In this document: positions 24,880 to 36,319 of the stretch, one piece after another
Numbering within the stretch: position 1 is the stretch's first letter
Layout: each line of letters begins with the position of its first letter
The notes under the pieces: generated by a model
The model's database searches: none
The model's input: the letters and a program-made list of their open reading frames with translations, nothing else
Told to the model about the DNA's origin: nothing
Position numbers and translations under genes: made by a program
Assembly: GCA_030704615.1 (NCBI GenBank)
Contig: CM060734.1
Location: 50,530,001-50,594,000 of the forward strand
Length of the DNA stretch: 64,000 bases
Direction: 5' to 3'
Origin: Takakia lepidozioides
Lineage: Eukaryota > Plantae > Bryophyta

Positions 24880-25055
24880 TTTCCAACTTTGCTACTTTAT
24901 GCAACACTCTTTCTCTCATGTGCGGGGTTTGTCTCACCAGTAATCCCAACAAGAACAAACACTGAGTGGTGAGAGCAGTTGGCATCCTGAACAAAACTGC
25001 ATGTCCAACAATTTTCAACTGGAACTTATCACTTTGACAGTCGTCGCCCACGCGA
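24880..25055 (-). pseudogene. Displaced DYW-domain tail plus 3' flank
   Basis: RVGDDC..KIVGHAV..DAN..HH..CSCWDYW* across frameshifts. Confidence 0.7.
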
Positions 25056-28000
25056 CACTAACCACAGACAAGAGGATAAGAACTTACACATGGAGCTCGA
25101 AGGATTCCTGAAGAGCGTTCACGGGCTCCAATCCACCACAGCGGGTAGTCGAGTACTACTTTCAAAAGAGAAAACCGCAGGGACCTTTCTTCCTTTTGAT
25201 CCTCAAAAAACTGGACACGGGGTCGATGGCCACAAGGCTACAACACAATGCTTACGAGTACATTCTCTGTGCATCTGTCACTCAACGCCTCCATGAAAAT
25301 CCGTGTTCCGAGAGTTCAAGAAGCTTCAGACAGACAGCTCAAGAATGAATTTTTGGGCAGTCTGGGCAGGTTCCAAACAAATCGACATTGACGACGTGGC
25401 GATGATACGTGATGACGATGACGTGGCGAAAATGATGTGGCGATAAGGACATGGCACTATGGCACCCTATTCCCACTCTACGTTAAAAGTATTCTCCGAC
25501 CTACAATCGTTGCTAGAATTAGACATTTCAGCCCCTCGGATAGTTTGGGCTGAACTTGTGTTGCTGCTGAGAGAGGAGGGCAGACAAGAATTTGAATTCT
25601 TGCTCTTCCTACATTCGCACGTGCCTTGTCACAAACACCAACAAGCCCTGTCTTAGCATGTCAAGTGACATGCAATACTGGGATAATGTCCAGGTTCATA
25701 CATTCCCTTGTCCTCATCAAGTGATGGCACGAAGTAGGAGAAAGTATGCCTCCAGGACATTCGCAACCAACATGTCATGGGCAATACACAGACTTGCAGG
25801 CAACTATAAGATTGGATATGACATGCCAAAATTCTCCATTGCAACTCCGATTACAGGTCAGGGACAAGGTTAACGAGAGGACTATACCTTTTCAACACAA
25901 AGAACAGCTGTGGTAAACAGACACCACGACAGGGGAGAAGCAGCAATATGTGCCTTCCTACTCAAGGGAGCTAAAGAGATTCACGGGAGGAAAGGGGACA
26001 GAGACAATAATGCAGAGGGGCCGAAAGCGGGAGCGGGGGAGCGGCGAGGCTAGGTACAGGCCGTAGCCCTTGCTCTCGATGTCCCGCGAATTGGATCAAA
26101 TCGAATCTGAACATATCCCGCGTATTGCGGAGTGAGTTGCCATGTGTGAGCTCATGTCATGTTTGGCCCAGTTTGAAGGATGGTAGGTACACGAGCGACG
26201 AGGGACCTCCCGTCGCCACGTGCTCGTTTTTGGTTGGTCGTGCTCAACCAAAGCACTTCAAACCACCAAAAGTGGAGGGTGTGAAACCAGACGAGACGTC
26301 GGTATGTGGAGTTCTCTTTCGAGACATCGAGGGAGCTATGAATTTTTACTAGTACCTCACCGAGGTTTGAACACCAGCCTGTTTGAAATGCTGGGTACGT
26401 AAATTTTGTGACCGTCGGATGCTGACTAGTACTGGCACATCCGGCTGTCCATAATGGCGCCATTCACTGTTTTAGCGCGCCAATAAGTAAGCGGGTATAG
26501 CCCAGGGTTTTTTTTGCTTTAAAAGGGATTCACGCTGCTCGAAGGCACTTGTGTTGCTGCTGAGAGAGGAGGGTAGACAGCTTGGGATCTGATGTGTGCG
26601 TGATAGAGATTAGCTCGGGTAGCGAGAGCTCGCTGCTTGAGCGGGCTAATCAGATACACGAGGGAGAGGGGCTGCTTGGTTGCTCTAGGCTGAACCGAAT
26701 GAGCTGGTCAGAGCGATGTGGAGAAAACTGGAATACCCGATGGTTTTTGTCATGGTTTCCATCATGATTGCTTATGCGCTGGGAGAAGCAAAACACTTAC
26801 ATCAAGATGTGGTTCAGCCTCTTGCCTATGGTTGCACGGAGTACATGGTATGCTTCACCACCTGATTAGATACCTGATTAAGTCCATGTGAGTCGTCTTG
26901 TTGTATGTAGATGTTGATAACTTGTGCATCCGAAACTCACTAATCTTTTAAGTACAAGCTGTTACATGCTTATCTAGAGATGGATATGCATAATATGTAC
27001 GTACAACACTCAGCAAATTGATCATTGACAAAGAACTGATGGATAAGGGATCCATGTGCAAGTTGCAGGTGCAATTACATGACGGCTATGTGTCGTTGAT
27101 GCATCAGTTGGATCACTTAGCCATGCGAAGCAAAAGTCAAGCATCGCAGTCTGGCAGCACGATACTGCTAATGACTGCACCAAGCCTTGGTGGAACTCTC
27201 GTGTTTGAGCGCGACCAACATCAAGTTGCTTCATCTGATAACGTTGGCACGAACAAATAGCGGACTGGCAATCCACGGGTAAGCTCGCATGACAAGTATA
27301 TTACCAGTAGGGCCAGAGAAGTTTTCAAGAACCGTGACAATGAATTCTACGAACATAGACTGATGTGAGGGCAATAAGTTTAGAATTCAAGATGGATCTA
27401 TAGAGCAGCTTTCTTTACTGACTATGACATCGGATGTTGTGGTGAATTGTAATAGCCTATTGCTCACGATGGTTCAATTCAATCGAGGCTATTTCTCGCC
27501 CAAGCAAAGAAGTTAGCCTTGGAGTTTCGTCACACACACGCGGACCAGCTTGTGAAGAGCGAGGGCAATTTTGATGGACCGGCTTGTGAGGAGCGAGGGC
27601 AATTTTGATTAACCTCTAGTGACTCTTCAGAGATCATGACTCTATAAAAAGTTTTTGTAAAATTTTGTAAGGCTAGTTTCTATCTAGCTCGACAGCGGTA
27701 GTAAGTCTTAGCTTGAGCTTACGTAGTAGGAGCAAGGTAGCACGGGAGACCACTCGTTGCTGGAGCTCGACGGATTGATGTACTCATGGTGTGTTCCCAT
27801 GGAACCCAGGCGTCAAAACCCGCCATCTACAACGTGTCCAAGAGCCAGGTCCCGTCCAAGAGCCCAAGTTATGGAACTAGCATGGCTTGTGTTCCCCTGG
27901 AACCGGGGCGTCCCCTGACCTGACAGTCCAACTGTGTCCAACAGCCTTATCCAGACAACATGGCGCGGGGAGTCAAAGCCTGCCCGTTCCTATTGTGTGG

Positions 28001-29282
28001 CTTCTTGGAGATGCGGGTCTCCGGGCCGATGTCACCCCACCCTTTCTGCAGAGACGGGGAGGAGCAGCAAGGCTTGGAGCCGGAGTTTGCAACCACACCA
28101 TTACGACTGCCAGTAACAGCAGTCTGCGTTGAGCGGCTTCCGCGATGATGCACAAGTGGGCTTTGCCTCTACAATGTTACCTTGGGCTGAACTAATGTAG
28201 TGCAGATGTACAAACTTATGCTTTCACACTTGCGGCGCCAAGAGTACAAAGGACTGGGGCAGTAGCACCCTGATTTGAACATTCCTCTCTCTGGAGGTTG
28301 AAGTGCTTTGAATGTACTAGCAGGTTCAGTCGTTCAGACATGGGTGTAGGACATCACCAACACAACACAGAAACTGGCTAATGATAAAGAATGCAGATCC
28401 TCTCGGGCAATGCAGAATTTTGGCTGAACCATACTAAAGACGTCACCACCTTGGATGAGTTTCCAGGGACCTAGTGCACCTCTTGACAGGAATAGACTGC
28501 TTGAGCTATGAAACAGCAGTAATGGCCCACCTACTCACAAACTACATACATATTAATCCACCAGGGAGGTCCTCTCCACCAAGCAAACAGATCTGTTCCA
28601 CATCAGTGATACCAAGAAAGAATACATGTGTATCCTTAACAAAATAACAATCTCGAAAGCTTCCTGAAGCTTCCAAGCCATTTACCCTCCGAAAAGCAAC
28701 CTTATGAAACCACCGGCCTCAGTGAGGTAGAAAATTCTCATTAGGCCTTGGGTCTTGGGCTTGCCTCCCGCAATGCCTTCGATTCTAGCAATGCTCAGTT
28801 CATTCCAATCCACAACGATCCATTTTCCGTGTGTGTGTGTGCAGATCTGTGTGATCTGTGTGTGTGCTTCAATTCAAAGAATACGCTGGAAGATCCTCTC
28901 AGATCCGTGTCACAGAGGATCTTTCTGGGTAATCCTTGCATTGAAAGTACACTATAGTTTGTCTGTCTGTCTGTCTGTGGAGCCACAACTCCGATCTCCA
29001 GTTTTAATATCATATGTTTCAAGTCCTGGTGCTGCTCGTGGCTTGACCACTTTTCAAAAGCTGTCCAAAGAGTACAAGAAAGACAGTAAGGCGGGAGCAC
29101 AATACTGTCTGTCATTTATATTTAAGAGAACTTGAACCATGTAATAAGTTAAACAAACTTCAACCCCCATCTTAGAGATTAAAATTGCCAGCTCACATTC
29201 AGCATAGAAGAACCACACCAGTGACGGCTGCTCGTGAAATGGTACTATCCCATCCGGCCGATAATATCACTGCACCTAGCAC

Positions 29283-31011
29283 CTAACTACTCTTGCCTTT
29301 GACTCCTCCATTTTGACCGGATTCCCAAGAGACGTCATTTCGAGGGACTATCATCCCATATCCACCATGGTGTCGCTTGTATAGGATATTGATTTCTCCT
29401 ACAAACACGTATATTCCCAATGTTAAAAGCCATAGCTGAGCAGAGAGAGATGTGGAAGCTGCAATATAAACAAACACAAATAACGAGACACCTCAATGAG
29501 TGCATAAGTTTATGAGCAAACTTACCACTCTCAGCATTGCGGAAAGCATAAAAATCATGTCCCACGTTCACAAGTTGCTCCAGAGCCTCAAATGCTGTCA
29601 TAGGGTGCATCTCAAAGTACTTGGTGCGTACCACCTACAAGAAGCCCAGCCAGACACCTTTATCAAAAGCACTTACAGAGTGTTTCTGCGACCTCCATAT
29701 GCAACAATTGGCTCCCTTTCTAGCAGTAACATTAAGAAGTTGAGGTTCATCATGCCCCAACTCATATTCAGCACCTACACATTTTCATGTCTTGCATGTA
29801 TGTTCTTCATTAATGGTTTCCCCCTCATGTTGGATTTTCAAGCTTTAAACTTATGGGGCAGATTAAGCCCACAATGAGGGCCATCTACAAGAGTAGAAAG
29901 ACATTACTAAGTACCTCATCGGGCAAGTCATCAGCCTGCTTTTCGAGCAAGGGGGCAAGATCCACAACTTCATCTGACAGCAGCTCTCCAACTCGAGGCT
30001 GGTTGCGCATCTTCGATGTACGACCATGGCCTCCGTCCTTCTCCTTGATCTTCCGCAGCTTTCTTGAAATTAGATCAGACACCCTGTCGATGCTTGCGTA
30101 CATACTGCCTGCCTCCTCTTCTGCTCGTACAACTCCATGCTTCTTCGTGAACAGTGTAACCTGCAAAAGCGACACTGACATTTGGAGTTGACAGCAAAAC
30201 CAGCACACATTTAAAGACAAAAGCAAACAAAGCTACTCTTAAGAGGGGAGCAATGACAAGTAACAAGAGCAAGCGCCCATGCAGCTGTTTTGCTTCAAGT
30301 AACAACGCAGCTGAAGGTTTCAAGATGGCAACCAAATGCAGGTACATCACCTTCTCTAGGCCAGAAATGAGAATCTGCCATCAAAAACAAGTCACACAAA
30401 AACCTCATATTCCAGTTATGCATACGACCAACCGCACCTCGCACCTTTGAAGCTTTTGCCCGCGCACACCCTCCCCACCGCGCACTGACATCCTCACATC
30501 AACTTCCCTGACAAGGTTCCCGTGATTGTGGACGGCATTGCCTACTTTGTCCTCCACGTAGCTCTTAATTGCATCTGTCAGCTGTCATACCCATTCCCAT
30601 TTGACGACAACACATTAAACGCAATCTACCACTGAGGCTGCAGGGCATTTCACGTGATAAAGCAAGCACACAAAGAGATACACTCACCTCCATATGCTTG
30701 CCTTGAACAATCAAGCGCACAGAGGCTAATGCCCCACCCCATCCCCCGCTCCATGCAGCGCATGTTGTCATCCTACCCCGCTGCACGGTTCTATTGGAGA
30801 TCATCAGCAGACATGCATCAAAGCAGCTTTGTCCTTGAAAACTGGAGTTCAGGCTGGCCACGGAGTAAGGCGTGACTCCATACTGTTCCATTCTCAAGAA
30901 AGTAGATGAAAGAGCCACTCTGCCACCACCGCTGGGCAGCGCCCTGCTGCTCTTGCAACTACTGCATGTCACCCCCGCTGCATGACCCCCTGCCCACACA
31001 ACCACCGCCAT
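29283..31011 (-). CDS. PSRP1: Plastid ribosome hibernation factor (HPF/S30AE family), about 5 exons
   Basis: Transit peptide, then [11 protein letters not shown] / [11 protein letters not shown] / [21 protein letters not shown] / [18 protein letters not shown] / INILYKR..GGYG; GT-AG introns. Confidence 0.92.
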
Positions 31012-32159
31012 ATCTCGCCCTCACCTGCCTTCCAAAAAAAAGGAAAACAACTCGGATCTGCACAGCAGGAGCGTCACGGCTGTAATAAAAGGAATGGCAG
31101 CACCCAGACCGTTGCTGAGTTTTACTCTAGTGCAACTGGACATCAACGCAAAGATTTCCCTCTGCACATGCAGCCCTGATGATCGCAACCCAATGTGTAG
31201 CTACTCTCGACAGCTTCTCGTCTGCATCATCCAGCGTCCCCAAGCACGCATTCAGTCCAAGACGGGGAGAGGATATGCAGTGCCACGTTGGAATGGAGAT
31301 TGGAGATAGATGCAGATGCGCTCTGCAGGGTTTTTGATTCCACGCGTCTCCATCTCTGCAATACACTTGGTGACTGGTCGTCACTCACACCCTGTCTGCT
31401 ACCCCACCAGTTTTGCTGCATTAAACTCTCTTGTTTTTTTACCCTACTTGTTTTTCGGGCCTCCTGCAAGGCTTGTTTGGTCATCTCCTTCCTCCAGAGC
31501 TTGTTTCATGTGTCTACAGCTGTAGAACATTCACTGTGTAAATCCCGGTTGTGTTTATGCACCATCACACTCACGGGGCAGACTCAGAGGACAAAGGAGT
31601 CAGCGAAAGTTCTACCCCAGTGGCTCATTTTGAGCACAACATGTAAGTGGCAACTATTTGAGTATGTTTAGGAGAAGAAAGTATGCGGCGTGTGGGCCCT
31701 TCTCCCTCAGAGCAACAGCTCGCTCAGATGATCTGTGATCTCTTACTAAGCAAATAGTACATATATGTTTGAACAAGGTTGGTATGTACATATTATCATT
31801 CACAATCCATCAATATAACAGCAGCCCAGAGTTGCTAGTCATCATCATCATTGTTCTTGAAATCTCCCGTCCTTGTTGTGTGGCCCCACTGGATCTATGG
31901 ACTTCAAATCGATATTGCGAACTAAACAGGTCTACGATGACCACCGCTGTCTTGCACATCTGTATTGCCGACCGTGGATAACTTAATTTGTCTTCACTAT
32001 GAAACGTGACAGGTCTGCTAACCTTGGAGCTCTTCAGGAGAGCACCCAAAGTTGGTTACCAAAGATTTACAAATTGGAACTGGAAACCCAGTTTAAAATC
32101 GCTAAAATATTGCAGGACCGAGCTGGAAGACTTCTAGGAGGAGGCCACCTTTCATAGAA

Positions 32160-32278
32160 CCCACCTCCCAAAGGGGCAGTAGCCGCAAGGTGAAGGGCTC
32201 TTAGTTAGGCATGCTTGGGTCGGAGTCTTCTCTGGGGAGGAGGCAAGGTGAAGTAGCTCTCAGACGTTACGCAGGCTT
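32160..32278 (+). repeat. Diverged short copies of the LINE 3' structured element
   Basis: ggggcagtagccgcaaggtgaagggctcttagtta...ggagtc.tctct matches 15651-15715; a partial second unit follows. Confidence 0.75.
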
Positions 32279-32730
32279 CTCTCAACAAATAAGATTCTTT
32301 GTCTTCTCTGCAACAAATAAGATTCTTTGTCAAGAAGAATTCCACTTGCATACAAGTGCTGCACTCGACTAGGTAGGCCCTGTAGAGACGAGGGTGGGCA
32401 TCGTCAAGAAGTTTTGGTGCTGGAGAGACGTGGGTGGCGTTTGAATGTCCTTATCCTCCTACATTTGCAAAACGCGCTTGTGTCCGTCATCACACGATGA
32501 ATGCCACTGATGTATCTCCCATTTGAGGTAACCTGATGTCCAAATTAGAGAGTGTGAGATGGATCATGTGTATGTATGGAAGGCAGCAATGACAGTGCTG
32601 ACGGAGCTTCCTTTCCGCCGCTGATCATACACCACAACATATACAAAGAAGCTGTCGCCTATAAGGACAACAGAGAATTAGGAACAGGTTTGCAGTTCAC
32701 CCTCGACTAGATGCTGCAACGCTGGATGTG

Positions 32731-32802
32731 GCAGTAGCAGGATTTGACCCCAGGGTCATCCGGATGGCGCTCAGTGGACTTTACCAACTGAGCTACTGAC
32801 TG
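32731..32802 (-). mobile_element. tRNA-like sequence (SINE head or tRNA pseudogene)
   Basis: A box TAGCTCAGTTGG and B-box-like GGTCAAATCC at tRNA spacing; anticodon arm poor. Confidence 0.55.
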
Positions 32803-32937
32803 TTGGTATTTTTTCTTCTTTGTAATCTTGGGACTTTTTTTCTCACCTTTAAAAAAAAAAAAAGTTGAAAGGGTGTCCAGTGTCCACTCCCTAAGTTTTC
32901 CCTTAAAAAAAAAACAAAAAAGAAGGAAAAAAAGAAG

Positions 32938-33004
32938 GTGGGCCATGCTGTCAGAAGTGTAATGTCTACTTTGAGGTCTAAAGCCCTAGACTCTAAACCC
33001 TAAA
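32938..33004 (+). promoter_or_regulatory. Site II-like (TGGGCC) and telo-box (AAACCCTA) motifs upstream of ESF2
   Basis: gtgggcc at 32938 and taaaccctaaa just before the ATG; a combination typical of plant ribosome-biogenesis genes. Confidence 0.45.
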
Positions 33005-33017
33005 AGGAAGTTGCCTG

Positions 33018-35408
33018 ATGGAGGAGATGGACGAGGAGACTCAAGGAGAGAGCGATAATGAATCCCGGGAGCTGCCTGCAGATGAAGGAGGGGAGAGCAA
33101 GCGAGAATCCGCAGGGGAACGGAAGAGAGCATTGCGAGAAGGGGTGGATGGGGAGAAACGACGTAGAGGTAAAAAGAAAAGAAAAACGCAAGACGCAGCA
33201 GAAAGGACGGGCGGGAAGAGAGGGGTTTGTTATTTAAGCCGCATTCCTCCGCATCTGAAGCCCTTGAAGCTGCGTCATTTGCTGGCTCCATTTGGCGAAG
33301 TGTTGCGAATCTATCTCGCACCTGAAGGTATTCCTGTCAAAAAAAAGTTGAGTGATTTGAGGTGCATTATTCGGAGATGCTGGAGATTTCCACTTTATTG
33401 TAGTTGACACTTGAAAGAGGGTGGAGGTCGTGGATATTTCTCGATGTTACATTTTTGTTCTCTGTTTTTTCTGAGTTCCATTTGTGTACGTGTTTTGAGT
33501 TCTGGGGCCTTGAGGCAGGAGTGGGAGGGGTATTTCATTTATCTCTCTGGCTTTAATGTCACATCTTTTGTTGTGCAACGACGGTGATGATCTTGCAATG
33601 ACAGTGTTTTTCCAGGATTTGATGAAAAAAAAGTTGCATACCGTATCAGGCAACGAAATATTCGTCTAGTTTTATCATTCAGTGATAATTCAACACCTTT
33701 GGTTCAATAATGGAAGTCTCGCTGTAGCTGCACAAGGGGTTCAAGGTCGGAAACTAGTAGTTTTGATCTTAAAGTTAGTCTTAGCTTGCAACAGATGCAG
33801 CTGTAAGGATGCGACGGAAGCGCGCTGGAGGAAACAGCGGCAAGAATTTTACTGAAGGGTTTGTGTATACCACTGCCCGCTATCTTCGTAAAGATGAAGG
33901 ATTAAATCCTTGATGATTGGTACATGAGGTTTCTGTTGTTGTATCTTTTGGTATCATCACGAGTTTTAGGTCTTCTATCTTTTGTGTTTTGTTCACCAAT
34001 ATACGGTAAGGACATCTATGAGGGAAATGTGTGACCTGCCAAGCTCCTGATCTGTGCAGCTGGGTGGAATTTGCACACAAGAGCGATGCAAAGCAAATAG
34101 CAGCAATGCTGAACGGGGAGCCAATGGGTTTGTTCTTCAAATCTTTCTCTGTACGCCCTCTATTCAAGTATGCATGCTCGAAGTAAAACCTTCAGAGATT
34201 GTATGTTGGGATGACATATGCCTAAGTAGGACTATTGAATCACTACTTTGGAACTACATAGGCTTCATTCGTGTGGAGTGGGATTTGCAAGTTGTTAAAT
34301 GGTGACATCATCTTGTGTTGTGAGTAGAAATGAACCAAACTACAGGGACATCTACACGCAATTACAAAATGCTTAGGTAGGAACACCGAAAGAGGTGCTG
34401 AATAAGTGCCATTTGGAGTGTGGTGGTAACAGAAGCAAAGAAGCGCTCAGCGTATCACTACGACCTTTGGAACGTCAAATACCTACATAGGTTCAAATGG
34501 GACAACCTTACTGAAGAGATCGGTAGGTCTTCACTTTTGGGCTTTTCATGGGGCAACATGGAGGGATTGCATTGAGGGTGTCAGTGGATTATGAGACTAA
34601 AGAAGAGGGTTTCTTTGTAGCTACATGCACATTATTCTTGAACACTGGTCTACTTGCAAGTATACTGGGTGACACATGTAGAGCTCTATTGTTTGACTTG
34701 TTGGGAGTTATTGGTTTGACAGCCTACAAGAGTGCTGTGAGGGAGCAGAGATTGGCTGCTGAGATCTCAGCAGCCAGGAAGGAGCGTGACTTCTACCTAT
34801 CAAGGGTGGATCAGTCACGGGCCATCAACTCCATGGCAGAGCGGAAGAGAAAGGTACCTTTCTGCAGCATTCCATGTACCTGAGGTCTGACTTTCTAAGA
34901 AGGTTTAGTTAAGATGACTTTTGTCGTAGCCTTGTGGGCATAGACCCCGACATGAAAGAGAGTAAGCTGATTTGTGAGACATCAAAGTATTCCAACTTCA
35001 TCGTATGTTTTTGGATTCATTCTTACTGAAGAGTGCTTTGGTTAAGAGTTGTCTTGCTTGTCCTAATGACAGAAAATGGAACTGGAAGGAAATCAGCCGA
35101 AGACAGCACTCACAGAAGGACCAATCACAGGTGAGACCAAGGTTGTCCGATCCTTCCCACAGAGGAGATCAATGGTGGATGGGGCCATGGAAACAACTCC
35201 TCAACTGGCCCTCGATGTGTTGACTCGGGTGCGAGCTCTTTTCCCTCCTTCTCAAGTATGGTTTTCTTGACATCTGGGTCAATAACTTAGAATGTTACTG
35301 TTTCAATCTCCGTGTAGCTGTCAATGTCACTAACACCTGTGGCCAGCTAAAAATCTGATTCAATGACGTCCTACTCCTACAGGTTTTTGGGACGAAAGGA
35401 GCTCAGTA
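33018..35408 (+). CDS. ESF2: Pre-rRNA processing protein ESF2/ABT1 (RRM), about 7 exons
   Basis: RGVCYLSRIPPHLKP..RIYLAPE / FTEG / WVEF / YDLWNVKYLHRFKWDNLTEE / REQRLAAEISAARKERDFYL. Confidence 0.92.
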
Positions 35409-35672
35409 GTGCAATGGGATCTTCAGTTTGCTATCATTCATGGATTCCTCTTCCTGTCACCTGACTGAGGGCTCTTTCAGGGCTCATTGTACCATTATCA
35501 AATTATCAAAATAAGTGAAGCCCTACTCCTACAGGTTTTTGGGACGAAAGGAGCTCAGTAGTGCAATGGGATCTTCAGTTTGCTATCATTCATGGATTCC
35601 TCTTCTTGTCACCTGACTGAGGGCTCTTTCAGTGCTCATTGTACCATTATCAAATTATCAAAATAAGTGAAG
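35370..35672 (+). repeat. 152-bp tandem duplication covering the ESF2 last acceptor, stop and proximal 3' UTR
   Basis: Units start at 35370 and 35522, with about 2 mismatches. Confidence 0.95.
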
Positions 35673-36319
35673 AGGGCTTCAGTCAGTTCTCAATATACCA
35701 TGGCTCAAGTTGCGATGTGGTCAGAATTTATGACAACTTATGTAGAATATACGCATAATGCTAATCAGCAGTAGGTTCCGTAGTTGTTGGTTTTGGACCA
35801 TGTGACTGCTCAAATACAAGCTCACTTTTTTGTCCAATCATAGTATAGCATATGCGGTCTGATTGTTACTCCATTAATATGATGCAATTCACTTGCCCGC
35901 ATCAAGCAGGGTTGAGCTGAAAACTCAGACTAGGGGAAAAGACTCTCTGCGAGCTAATGACTAATGGCAAAGTAGAAGTATGTATTTCAGAGCTGTGACC
36001 GGAAATTCAAATGGAAGCCTGAGTTGCACAGTTGCAGACAAATTGATCCAAACATAACAGTAAATTAGTACACTTAACATTGTTTTTTTCAGCAACATGT
36101 CCAAATTAGCTACTTCGCCAGTAGCATTTCACTGGTTGACTTGTAACTTAATATTTTAAATAAACTGCTGGACTCTCCATATGCAATGCATGAACAGTCA
36201 AAACAAATCAGTTGTGGATAAGCAATAGACTGCTCCAAGAACCAGCAATGCCACAACAAGTATGACCTGATCTTTCCATCTCTCCCACAATTGAAAACCC
36301 ATGTCAGGTGTTCTGCCAA

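Noticed and set aside
25557-28200. 30-bp direct repeat (25557 and 26550), 31-bp tandem near 27550 and a GC-rich stretch, suggesting another TE
   Set aside because: No termini, TSD or coding motif identified
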